From Candidatus Nezhaarchaeales archaeon (GTDB lineage: Archaea > Thermoproteota > Methanomethylicia > Nezhaarchaeales > WYZ-LMO8), in the NCBI GenBank assembly GCA_038887515.1, contig JAWAKK010000001.1:320001-384000 (forward strand): a stretch of DNA of 64,000 nt. Direction: 5' to 3'. The notes under the pieces are model-generated. The model was given only the letters and a program-made list of their open reading frames with translations. It did no database searches and was not told the DNA's origin. A program made the position numbers and the translations under genes. This document shows positions 1-9,076 of this stretch, piece by piece (the stretch's first letter is position 1; each line of letters opens with the position of its first letter).

Positions 1-105
1 AGTCTTGATTCTCACTTCATCGTGGTCTGAATGCCTATAAACGTCGAGTTGAGTTAAGCCCATCTTTTCAAGTTCGATCTTATACTTTGAAAGCAATTTG
101 GCCAT
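1..105 (-). CDS. Hypothetical protein, 5' part only (runs off the window edge)
   Basis: Hand translation from ATG at 105 gives MAKLLSKYKIELEKMGLTQLDVYRHSDHDEVRIKT, open to position 1 and divergent from 228..707. Confidence 0.5.
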   Translation of the reverse strand, partial: MAKLLSKYKIELEKMGLTQLDVYRHSDHDEVRIKT

Positions 106-227
106 GACGACCACTTAGCTAGCCTAACTCTCGCAGATAATTAAGCTTTCGCTACGGATAGAGCTTGACAGGTAATACTAAAGATTTTATCCTTCCACGT
201 AGGTCTATGCGTTAAAGGTGCTAACTT

Positions 228-707
228 ATGAACTATGATTCTAATCAAAGAGTCGTGTTTTTGGGTGCGCTCGCCGCCGTAGTTGCCTTCTTGGTAGGTT
301 ACTTTGCAGTACCAGCTCTAGTGGCTCAAGAACGCGGTCAAGGAGTTGAGATCCTCGAAGCCAAGATAACTTCTGCTAGCATTAAAGCCAGCGAGCCAAC
401 GTTCCTGGTAGTAAGAGTCTCTAATGTTCAAAGCTCTTACACCGACTTCAAAGTCTTGATATCGATAAAAGGAGATGTTGAAAGGTATGTAACGATAAGG
501 GGGTTCAATGTAGAGAAGATAGGTGATGGAGTTTGGCAGTGGAGCTTCGGAATAATGCCGCCGTTCTCGGAGGTTAAGTACGTCGTCGAGCTAACGTTCA
601 ACATACCTTCAGGCATAGCACAGATTAAGTACAGGATACACGTTGACTTCTTGGTTGACGGTTCCACTATTGACGGTAGAGACTTCGTAGTAGAGGTCTT
701 GGGCTAA
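228..707 (+). CDS. Hypothetical membrane-anchored or exported protein
   Basis: N-terminal hydrophobic helix followed by a beta-rich domain. Confidence 0.65.
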   Translation: MNYDSNQRVVFLGALAAVVAFLVGYFAVPALVAQERGQGVEILEAKITSASIKASEPTFLVVRVSNVQSSYTDFKVLISIKGDVERYVTIRGFNVEKIGDGVWQWSFGIMPPFSEVKYVVELTFNIPSGIAQIKYRIHVDFLVDGSTIDGRDFVVEVLG

Positions 708-901
708 GGCAGAGTAGCGCTTTGAACGAACCTACATCACACACCTCCACAAGGCAAGACTTCCCATTCCTTCGCTAATACCATTACTAATCGTAAAGCT
801 TTGCCGATGCTGAACCTCCTTAACCCAATCTAAAGGGCTGACTTCAGCGATCCATAAATGATATTTAAGACCCAGTAGGAATTTCAGTTCGTGGTACACC
901 A

Positions 902-1312
902 ATGTCAAGGGGCTACGTTAGAGGGAGGTATGCTGAAGAGAGGTTGGTAGCAAAGCTTTCAAGCTTAGGGTGGAAAGCATGTAGAACGCCTATGAGCGGG
1001 GGACTCGCTCAAGTAGACGTAGAAGCCATTAAGCCAAGTGAGAAGAGGTTGGCGTTAATAGAGGTTAAGTCGACCTTGAAGGGTAGTATTACGGTACCTC
1101 AAGATAACATTAAAAGAATGAAGAGCAGGTATGAAGAGTGGTACAAGCCCTTAATTAAGGAGGACTGGAAAGTGGAGTACGTAATAGCCGTCCTTTGGAG
1201 AGCAAGAGGTTCTAAGGGGTTCTGGGTCTTGAAGGACGTAAGTGAACATATTGGAAAGGGTCAACCAGTGACATTGAAGAGGGACGATAAGGAGTCGACT
1301 TGGAGGCCCTAG
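902..1312 (+). CDS. hjc: Archaeal Holliday junction resolvase-like PD-(D/E)xK nuclease (Hjc/Hje family)
   Basis: RGxxAEERL...R.P.SG...VDV.A...IEVKST matches the Hjc motif order, and the 136-aa size fits. Confidence 0.7.
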   Translation: MSRGYVRGRYAEERLVAKLSSLGWKACRTPMSGGLAQVDVEAIKPSEKRLALIEVKSTLKGSITVPQDNIKRMKSRYEEWYKPLIKEDWKVEYVIAVLWRARGSKGFWVLKDVSEHIGKGQPVTLKRDDKESTWRP

Positions 1313-2166
1313 CCGAGGTGCGACTTTTGAATCCGTACCTCGAACTCATGAGACCTGCGAATAGCTTAATGGCAGGGGTAGCTGCTGTAATAGGCTTCCT
1401 CATAGCGTCAGATCTCTCGCAAGGTCTCTTTGACGTTGTTAAACTTCTCCTCCTCTTTACATCAGCTTTCGTGCTTTCATCGTCATCCATGGCGATTAAT
1501 GATTACTTTGACAGAGAAATCGATGCTGTAAACCAACCTCAAAGGCCTATACCGAGTGGTAGGGTTAAGCCGAGGAAGGCCCTTGCTTTCTCGTTTACGT
1601 TGCTCCTCCTCGGTATCATCATCTCGGCTCTAGTCAGCACAGAAGCCTTCGTTATAGCACTTATAGCTTGCGCAACTTTTACCACTTATAGCGCCTATCT
1701 AAAGAAGAAGGGTCTTGTGGGGAATGTTGCTGTTAGTTTGTGTGTAGCCTTGACGTTTATATACGGTGCAGCTGTAATAGGCTTCTCTTCAAGCCTAATA
1801 TCATTGTTCTCAGCGATGGCTTTCCTAGCCAATATGAGCCGTGAGGTGGTTAAAGGTATAATCGACGTCGAGGGCGACAGGCTTAGGGGCGTAAAGACCT
1901 TAGCTGCATCGCGAGGATTCAAGTTTTCAGCTAAGGTAGCCTTCACCTTCATGACGTTGGCCGTAGCCCTAAGTTTCATGCCCATAGCTCTAGGCTACGT
2001 TAACTGGCTGTACGTACCTATAATACTGATATCTGACGTAGGATTGCTAATCTCTACGGTGTCGGTCCTCTTAATGCCAACGCCTGAAAGGGCTGCGAGT
2101 AGTAAGAAGATCATGTTAGCTTTCATGGGTTCAGCGTTAGTAGCCTTCCTAGTAGGTTGCGTTTAA
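1300..2166 (+). CDS. UbiA-family prenyltransferase, probable digeranylgeranylglyceryl phosphate synthase
   Basis: LMRPAN, NDYFDREIDAVNQPQRPIPSG and REVVKGIIDVEGD motifs; multiple TM helices. Confidence 0.85.
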   Translation: MEALAEVRLLNPYLELMRPANSLMAGVAAVIGFLIASDLSQGLFDVVKLLLLFTSAFVLSSSSMAINDYFDREIDAVNQPQRPIPSGRVKPRKALAFSFTLLLLGIIISALVSTEAFVIALIACATFTTYSAYLKKKGLVGNVAVSLCVALTFIYGAAVIGFSSSLISLFSAMAFLANMSREVVKGIIDVEGDRLRGVKTLAASRGFKFSAKVAFTFMTLAVALSFMPIALGYVNWLYVPIILISDVGLLISTVSVLLMPTPERAASSKKIMLAFMGSALVAFLVGCV

Positions 2167-2368
2167 AGTTCCATGACCTAATAGCCGAGCGGTAAAAATA
2201 ATGAGCCGTTTAACGGGACGTTACAAAGCCTAAGCTTACAGAGATTCTAACTGCTAAAGAAAGTTAAAAGGGAGGTTTAAAGAGTGTTACGTGATCGAAC
2301 ATGAACTTATAAAGAAACCCCCTAAAATCGTTTATGAGCCTGCTTAACTTTTTAGTATTGAAAAGTGT

Positions 2369-3082
2369 ATGGATAGCACAATAAGGGCTGTTGCCTACTC
2401 AAGGACTTCAACCGATATGCAGACAACAGAGCAACAAATTAACGCAATTAGAGATTACGCCTCTAAGAGTGGGATGGAGATTGTAGAGTGGTTCAGCGAC
2501 CCAGACGTTTCAGGAGCTATACCGGCTCTTGAACGGGAGGGCTTTAAGAGGTTGCTTGAGTTCATAGAGCAGAATAGGATATCCACCATTATAGTCTACG
2601 CCATAGATAGGCTTGGAAGGAGCTTCATGGATATATTCAAGACGCTAAGCGAGCTCGATAAGAGGGGAATAACTGTTGTAAGCGTTAGAGACAACTTTCT
2701 TCGGACACTTGATCCAAACATTAGGAGGCTAGTGCTGGCAGTCTTAGCGTGGGCTTCGGAGTACGAAGTTAAATTAACACGCGAAAGAGTTAGATTGGCG
2801 ATGAAGAGGAGCGAGGTTCAAGAGAAGTTAAACAAGATAAGGAAGGTAGATAAGGTCTACGAAGAGACTAAGCAACTTGTAAAGCAACTTTACGGTCAAG
2901 GGTGGAGCTTAAGGAAGATAGCTAAGACCGTAAACCTCAGCGTATACGCTGTTCGAAAGCTATTAATAAGTGAAGGAGTCCTCGAACCTGGGAAATACAG
3001 TTGTCCGCGATGCGGGCACAAGCTAAGCTGGGACGACATAGAGGCGACGTATAAATGTAGAGCGTGCGGTTACAAGAAGTGA
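2369..3082 (+). CDS. Serine recombinase (resolvase/invertase type) with C-terminal HTH and zinc ribbon
   Basis: AYSRTST catalytic Ser motif, DVSG...REGF, IDRLGRS, WSLRKIAK HTH, CPRC-x14-CRAC. Confidence 0.85.
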   Translation: MDSTIRAVAYSRTSTDMQTTEQQINAIRDYASKSGMEIVEWFSDPDVSGAIPALEREGFKRLLEFIEQNRISTIIVYAIDRLGRSFMDIFKTLSELDKRGITVVSVRDNFLRTLDPNIRRLVLAVLAWASEYEVKLTRERVRLAMKRSEVQEKLNKIRKVDKVYEETKQLVKQLYGQGWSLRKIAKTVNLSVYAVRKLLISEGVLEPGKYSCPRCGHKLSWDDIEATYKCRACGYKK

Positions 3083-3198
3083 ATTTAGTTAATTGAAACT
3101 TCATAAGGGCGCACATGTTATAATGCTTTGTAGACAACGAGATTACTGGTGAAGCGAACCTAACTTTAAGGTGGGCTATTATAAATACGCGAAACTTA

Positions 3199-3981
3199 GT
3201 GGTAACGGAAGTCCCCTGTAGGACTGCTTTATCTAAGAGTAGGATATACGGTGTTGACTTCTCTTTGAATCCATACTTTGGTTGCGAACATTCATGCGTC
3301 TACTGCTATGTTCCTAGGATCATGTCAAATAGACTTAAGGGTAGAGCTTGGGGTAGCTTCATAGAAGTCAAGGTTAATATCCCAAAGATTTTGTCTCGAG
3401 AGTTGAAGAGAGTAGCGAGAGGCAGAGTCCTTCTTAGTAGCATAACGGATCCGTACCAACCAGTTGAGCGGCTATACGGATTGACAAGAAAGTGTATTGA
3501 ATTGCTAGCTAAGAGGGGGCTCGAAATAGTAGTTTTAACGAAATCTTCCACGTTCACAAGGGATCTAGAATTAATGGATAAAGAGAACTTCGAGATAGGG
3601 GTCACAGTCACAACGCTACGATTTTATGAAGAATTGGAGCCTAAAGCACATCATCCACTAGAAAGGTTAAAGGCATTGAGTAAGGCCTCGGAGCAAGGAT
3701 TTAAGACTTTTTTGTTTCTAGGCCCTCTCCTACCTGGAATAGTCGATGAAGAGATTCGAGAGATACTTGAACTAGCATGTACGTCTGGTGTACGCTACGT
3801 TATAGTTGACAGGCTTAATACGAAGGGCGATGTTGTACAAGCAATAGCGAGCGCTCTAAAAAGCCATTGCTTAGACAAGCTCTTTAAAGCCTTATCGGAT
3901 TGGGGCTGGCTTGGAAGTATTAGAAGTAAAATTGTCGACTTATGTAAGAGACTTGGCATATCGTGTGACTTTTGTTTTTAA
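3199..3981 (+). CDS. Radical SAM protein, SPL-like family
   Basis: LNPYFGCEHSCVYCY, SITDPYQPVE and LTKS motifs. Confidence 0.8.
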   Translation: MVTEVPCRTALSKSRIYGVDFSLNPYFGCEHSCVYCYVPRIMSNRLKGRAWGSFIEVKVNIPKILSRELKRVARGRVLLSSITDPYQPVERLYGLTRKCIELLAKRGLEIVVLTKSSTFTRDLELMDKENFEIGVTVTTLRFYEELEPKAHHPLERLKALSKASEQGFKTFLFLGPLLPGIVDEEIREILELACTSGVRYVIVDRLNTKGDVVQAIASALKSHCLDKLFKALSDWGWLGSIRSKIVDLCKRLGISCDFCF

Positions 3982-4052
3982 TTAAACATTTAGTCCCATA
4001 GAGCGGAATTTGGAAGAGAAAAAGATAACTCACCGTAAAGAAATTTGTTACT

Positions 4053-4112
4053 TGGGCGATGAGTTAAAGCGCCTTGCTGAAGAGTGATGAGCGTGGAGTA
4101 CCTATGAGCCCA
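4053..4112 (+). ncRNA. Probable C/D-box methylation guide sRNA
   Basis: TGGGC/GCCCA terminal stem; variant C box GCGATGA, D' CTGA (4077-4080), C' GTGATGA (4084-4090), variant D box ATGA (4104-4107); guides of 14 and 13 nt. Confidence 0.7.
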
Positions 4113-4294
4113 CTGTAGGCAAGCCTTAAGTTGCGGTTGGTGAATTTAGGAGAGAAGGAGTAAAATCTTGATAAAGAATAATGGGCTTCGTATTTCAATA
4201 GCCAGTACGTATAAAAGTCCTAAAGCCCTTGAAGTAGAGCTAAATCTTTAATACCATGGGTTGCCCCAATAATTAATGGCGTGAGCTGGCCTCA

Positions 4295-4726
4295 ATGAAT
4301 AAGAGTAAGAGAGGAGTAAGCGAAGTAGTATCGGCAATCCTACTATTAACCATAACTGTAGCCGTAGGCTCAATACTCTACGTCCAAATATATCTAGCAG
4401 CGACGCAGCATCAAACGCGGTTAATCCAGGAGACAGTAAGAGCAGATATCGCCGTAAAACAGCAACTTAGGATAATGTTAGTGGTAGGCGACTCCATTAA
4501 TAATAAAGTAAGAATTATCGTAGCAACCGGCTCATATCCTGTTCAACTTTTTAGCATCTATGTGGACAACGCTTTAGCGGTCTCTTATCGAGACTACTAT
4601 GTTCCAGCCTTGACCCTAGACGTAATAGAAGTAGAGAGTCCTATACTGCTTACAAAGGGGTCTAAGATCCTCGTTAGGATAGTCCATGGAGGAGGGGTAG
4701 AAGAAGCTTATGGCGAGGTACACTAA
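4295..4726 (+). CDS. Archaeal type IV pilin-like protein
   Basis: Class III signal peptide KSKRG|VSEVVSAILLLTITVAVG. Confidence 0.85.
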   Translation: MNKSKRGVSEVVSAILLLTITVAVGSILYVQIYLAATQHQTRLIQETVRADIAVKQQLRIMLVVGDSINNKVRIIVATGSYPVQLFSIYVDNALAVSYRDYYVPALTLDVIEVESPILLTKGSKILVRIVHGGGVEEAYGEVH

Positions 4727-7526
4727 AGGGTTGGGCAGCGTAGTAGCAATGGTCTTCATACTAGGAGCCCTGATAGTAATCTTCATGGCTTTATCCTTTG
4801 GAATGCAACAGCAAGAAAAAGTATGGCAAACGAGAGAGGCAAGTCTCCAAGAGGAGCTCAAGCAGATCGAGGTGGCTAAGTCGGTTAGCGGGGTATGGCT
4901 GTACAATACGGATGAGAAGAAGATAGTTGTTAACATAACTAACGGCTACATAGAGCCAGTAAGGGTGACGGGGCTTGTCGTATACTATGAAGGCGGAGCC
5001 TTTAAGCTTATTAACGGGGAACTTAGCTCGGACGTAGAGGCAAGGATCATTGGGAGCCTACCGAGACAAGTTGATAGCCTACCGATATGGCTAGCACCGG
5101 GCGAAACCCTACAGTTAACGATCGTTGCATACCAGGAGCCAAAGTCCATAGCTTACTCAGTTTCATCGGTAATAGCTCTAGCGGGCTTAGCCATGCAAAA
5201 ATACGTGCAACCGCTCAACGTAACTCCCCCCGTTAACGTTACTCCCGTCCCTACCTACAACCTCAAGCTAATACCTTCAATAGCACGTGACGTGACCGTT
5301 ACAACCATTGGTAGCAAGTTAAGCGATCAAGAAGGTCAATTAAGTAGCGTAGAGGTTCTGAAAGGGATCCACGTAGACGGTGTAGTGGACGACGTGAGAA
5401 GGAAAGGGGATGGCAAGTACTACAATGTAACATCAGCACGAATCTATCAATGGTTAGAAGGATGGCAGTACAGAAGACCAATATACATATCAAGTCAGTA
5501 CGCTCTTTCTAACTACCAAGTCAAGATAGTATTGAATCAATACAACTTCAACTTCTCTAAAGCCAAGCCAGACGGCTCGGACATTAGATTTACGTCGAGC
5601 GATGGAGTGAGTCAAATACCATACTGGATAGAGAAGTGGAATGCTACTAAACAAGAAGCAACGGTATGGGTTAAGGTGAATTTAACTGCGGGCACTACGA
5701 CAATCTTCATGTATTATGGAAGTATAACACCAGTTCCGAGCCAAAGCAACTTAGCAAAAGTAATGGAGAAGTTGCCTGCAAGCGATGGGTTAGGATACAC
5801 AATATACTATGAAGAGTGGATAATGCCTCGGAACCTCTTTACGACAACGGGGTCCCCTCTAGGCGTTGGAGGCGATGATGTTGCACGTAGATTTACTTTG
5901 CCTTTCGACTTCCTTTACTATAATAATACTTATGGAATCATTTGGCTCCACACGAACGGCTTCATATATTTGAGCTTAGAGAACCCGTTTTCTAGCGGTC
6001 CATATGGTAATGCTACATATTTTGGAAGTGATGGAGCCCCAACGTACGCAAGCAACAATCAAAGCTTTATGCTCCACCGACTCATAGCGCCTTTCTGGGC
6101 CGACTTAATAATACGTGGTGATCGAGACATATACGTAAATTCTTCGTTCGTCGACGATTACGGAAGTGGAGTTTACATCAGGTGGTATACGGGGCTCGGT
6201 TGGAATACTCAGAATTTTGGGATTGTTGTGTACAGAAATGGATTGATACGCTTCGATTATGGAGAAATAAGAGCTCTTCATCGAAGTCGTGACACTACTC
6301 AAGTAATTGGGATTAGTTTAGGTGATGGAGCTCACCATACAGTATCATCGTATAACGATAGTAAGCTTAGCGGATATCCTAGCAATGCTAATTCCGTAAT
6401 GTTCTGGCCTAGGAAGAAGGCTTCTATAGAGCCTACAGTCGTCGTAGAGCATGAGGAACCTGTAGGTCTCCTACATGGATGCGAAGTTCTTCTATCTTTT
6501 AACAACATGCCTATGAATGTTTTAAAGCTTAGTATTGATTTAAGTTTAATGTCTAACGTGTCTAACCTAAACGTCACGGTTGCAGTTCAAGAAGTATCTA
6601 ACTGGGTCGAGGTCTATTCAGACAGTATTAATCGAGCTAACTACGTAAAGTCCTTCAGCTTCACCATAGTAAACGGTAGATATGTGGGAGATGGTACGTT
6701 GAAGTTACTTATCCGTGCAGCCTACAATAGTGCCTTCAAGCTATCCATAGACTACGTAAGGGTTAAAGCCTACTATGCTCGGGGTGCTACTCTATACATA
6801 GCCATTCGAGGACTAAATTACATTTACGTATACGATATCGATGACCATAGCTTTTCGTATATAAACGCCAGCTATGGCGGGCGCACAATACTTCATGGAA
6901 CCTCTATCGCTATGACGTTCGACCATACCAGGTCTCGCCTCTTTGTCGTTAGTGGCTCAGCAATATATTACTATGACCCTATCAACGGGACCTGGACTGG
7001 CTTAGCCTTGTCGAGTAGCGTAGGTGATGGTTGCGCGATAGAGTACGTACGAACGATAGATAAGTTAGTCCTATTCGAGGGGGGCGGGGACAACACTGTT
7101 TGGATAATCGATCCGAGCACTGGTATCCCCGAAAGAAACGTTGCCATAGGCATTGTGATAGACAATTACACGGTAACTTCCTGTAATGGCTATAACATCT
7201 ACGTAATAAACGGATCTGCAAAAACCTTAAAAGTTGATGTTTCTAGGTGGCTTGATGACCCTTCGCAAGGCCTCACTTGGCTTGAAGATGCCCCAACCAC
7301 TAGACCCGTCGGTCTCGCTTATGGAGGTGGAAAGCTATGGTTGATCGGTGAGGGAGGCGGTCTCCACTATTACGACTTCGAGAAAAGCACGTGGACCCCC
7401 TATCCACAGCAACCTCCATATATGCCTCAAGGACCGGGAGATAGATTAGAGTATTATAGCGGCAAACTATACCACGTCAGAGCAGGAGGAACGAGGGAAC
7501 TCTGGATAATCGACGTGGACAACTAA
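4710..7526 (+). CDS. Large pilin-leader adhesin-like protein (DUF2341-like, NIDO-like and beta-propeller-like segments)
   Basis: TKG|LGSVVAMVFIL leader; GWQYRRPI...DGSDIRF...IPYWIE..WVKV; LPFDF.YY...TNGFI...IAPFWADL; repeated Y.YD/W blades at the C-terminus. Confidence 0.7.
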   Translation: MARYTKGLGSVVAMVFILGALIVIFMALSFGMQQQEKVWQTREASLQEELKQIEVAKSVSGVWLYNTDEKKIVVNITNGYIEPVRVTGLVVYYEGGAFKLINGELSSDVEARIIGSLPRQVDSLPIWLAPGETLQLTIVAYQEPKSIAYSVSSVIALAGLAMQKYVQPLNVTPPVNVTPVPTYNLKLIPSIARDVTVTTIGSKLSDQEGQLSSVEVLKGIHVDGVVDDVRRKGDGKYYNVTSARIYQWLEGWQYRRPIYISSQYALSNYQVKIVLNQYNFNFSKAKPDGSDIRFTSSDGVSQIPYWIEKWNATKQEATVWVKVNLTAGTTTIFMYYGSITPVPSQSNLAKVMEKLPASDGLGYTIYYEEWIMPRNLFTTTGSPLGVGGDDVARRFTLPFDFLYYNNTYGIIWLHTNGFIYLSLENPFSSGPYGNATYFGSDGAPTYASNNQSFMLHRLIAPFWADLIIRGDRDIYVNSSFVDDYGSGVYIRWYTGLGWNTQNFGIVVYRNGLIRFDYGEIRALHRSRDTTQVIGISLGDGAHHTVSSYNDSKLSGYPSNANSVMFWPRKKASIEPTVVVEHEEPVGLLHGCEVLLSFNNMPMNVLKLSIDLSLMSNVSNLNVTVAVQEVSNWVEVYSDSINRANYVKSFSFTIVNGRYVGDGTLKLLIRAAYNSAFKLSIDYVRVKAYYARGATLYIAIRGLNYIYVYDIDDHSFSYINASYGGRTILHGTSIAMTFDHTRSRLFVVSGSAIYYYDPINGTWTGLALSSSVGDGCAIEYVRTIDKLVLFEGGGDNTVWIIDPSTGIPERNVAIGIVIDNYTVTSCNGYNIYVINGSAKTLKVDVSRWLDDPSQGLTWLEDAPTTRPVGLAYGGGKLWLIGEGGGLHYYDFEKSTWTPYPQQPPYMPQGPGDRLEYYSGKLYHVRAGGTRELWIIDVDN

Positions 7527-7936
7527 GTTTCTTGGATGAAGTCGAGCATGCATAACAACAAAAGTGTAGCTGGTGTAGCACCATTAAGTGCACACTTTAA
7601 GCTAAGGGCATGTAGCCCACCTAATATTAGCCCGTTGATTTCCACGTTAATTTTAGCTACGAGTTTTCTTCTTACTTCTTAGCTTTTAAGCTTCTAATAA
7701 ATTGAATCATTTTAGCAAAAATCGTTATATCCTTCTTTGATAAGCTCATTAGAGATACGTAAAATAATACTCAAAATAATCTCGATTCACTTTCATCCCC
7801 CTCGAGCTCTTCACCTACTCGTAGCGATCGTTGTCGTGCTCGTAGTACGGATCGTATGCTAGAGAGCAAACTCTTTGACCTGAGAGACAAAAAGCACAGG
7901 ATAAGGTTGCAAGCCCTTCTTCCATGTAACCTAACG

Positions 7937-8878
7937 TCAAAACTCCAGTACCAGCATTAAGATGTAGGATAGCGCGATGAGTATGGCTGTATAGAGGGCT
8001 ACTACAGCAATCACTCCCTTCATGTTTTTCGGGTATCCACCTACTATCCACATAGGTAGCGTTATGATCCTAGCTAACGATCTTGGCAAGGGCACCATGA
8101 ACGGTGCTCTTCTACGGTACTCCTCATATTTTTCTCCATACTTCTTAGTCATTTCGAGCTCCTCGGAGAGGGCAATTCCTATAATTATCATCGTCGATAA
8201 GAGCCAGATAAGCGCTGGAGGAGTTGCGAAGGCCCCTTTTATGTAGGTCTTATAGCTTACAAATATTAGAAGGCCGTAGCTCCAAAGTATGAATCCGAGG
8301 TACTGAGGGTGCCTGCTATACTTGTATATCCAGAAGTCTACTAGTTCATAGCCTCTAAATCTTCCATAAAGCCACGTAGTTACTCCTAGCGAGAAAATGA
8401 GGAGACCAACAAACGTAATTGCTATACCTGCAAGGGACGCGTCGGGAATAATTGAGAACGGCAAGTAGGCTACGCATCCTAACTTTAAGATAGAGGGTGA
8501 GAACTCAAGTATCGGTAGCCAGAGAGCCCTTAAAGCCCCTAATCCCGTGAGAAAGAACATTGCGAACGCAAAGTAGCCGAACGTTGGAATGTACAGAGCT
8601 AGGGAACCTAGAAAAGTTAAAATGCCCCTCCTAGTTGCAAACCCCAAAGCTATTAGAGCAACTGTTGCCGCTAATGCCAAGTATCCAATGGGTCTCAGTA
8701 CGCTAAGCGTCCTCTCGATAGCTTCGATATCGAAGAATACTTCAGGGAGGTATTGTCTAGATATATCGTCAAAAATCCTTGGGATCTCGAAAGTTAGGTA
8801 GAAGATAGCAACAGTAAAGATAGCTGAGAGGACGAGGGCTAATGCGAACCCCCTTCTATGTGGTGGGGTTAAAGTCAT
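7937..8878 (-). CDS. ICMT/PEMT-family membrane methyltransferase-like protein
   Basis: IYKYSRHPQYLG and EE..MTKKYGEKYEEYRRR.P motifs; multi-TM. Confidence 0.75.
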   Translation of the reverse strand: MTLTPPHRRGFALALVLSAIFTVAIFYLTFEIPRIFDDISRQYLPEVFFDIEAIERTLSVLRPIGYLALAATVALIALGFATRRGILTFLGSLALYIPTFGYFAFAMFFLTGLGALRALWLPILEFSPSILKLGCVAYLPFSIIPDASLAGIAITFVGLLIFSLGVTTWLYGRFRGYELVDFWIYKYSRHPQYLGFILWSYGLLIFVSYKTYIKGAFATPPALIWLLSTMIIIGIALSEELEMTKKYGEKYEEYRRRAPFMVPLPRSLARIITLPMWIVGGYPKNMKGVIAVVALYTAILIALSYILMLVLEF

Positions 8879-9076
8879 GCATTAGATACCAATTTTAGAA
8901 TACTTAAAGTTTTGGGAGTTACCTTAGAATTGAAGGTTGCTGGAAGACTATAAAGAACAGAGTAGAAGTTTCACAGGAACTTGGGGGTCACTTTATGTTG
9001 ACGGTTAAAACATTATGAGTACAGTCTCAACCTTATTGAACGTCTAAGCGAAAAAAGAGAAAAAATATTTGAAAAT

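Noticed and set aside
2167-3198. IS607-like or other mobile element around the serine recombinase
   Set aside because: No tnpB or transposase, wrong domain order for IS607 TnpA, and no terminal repeats or target duplication seen.
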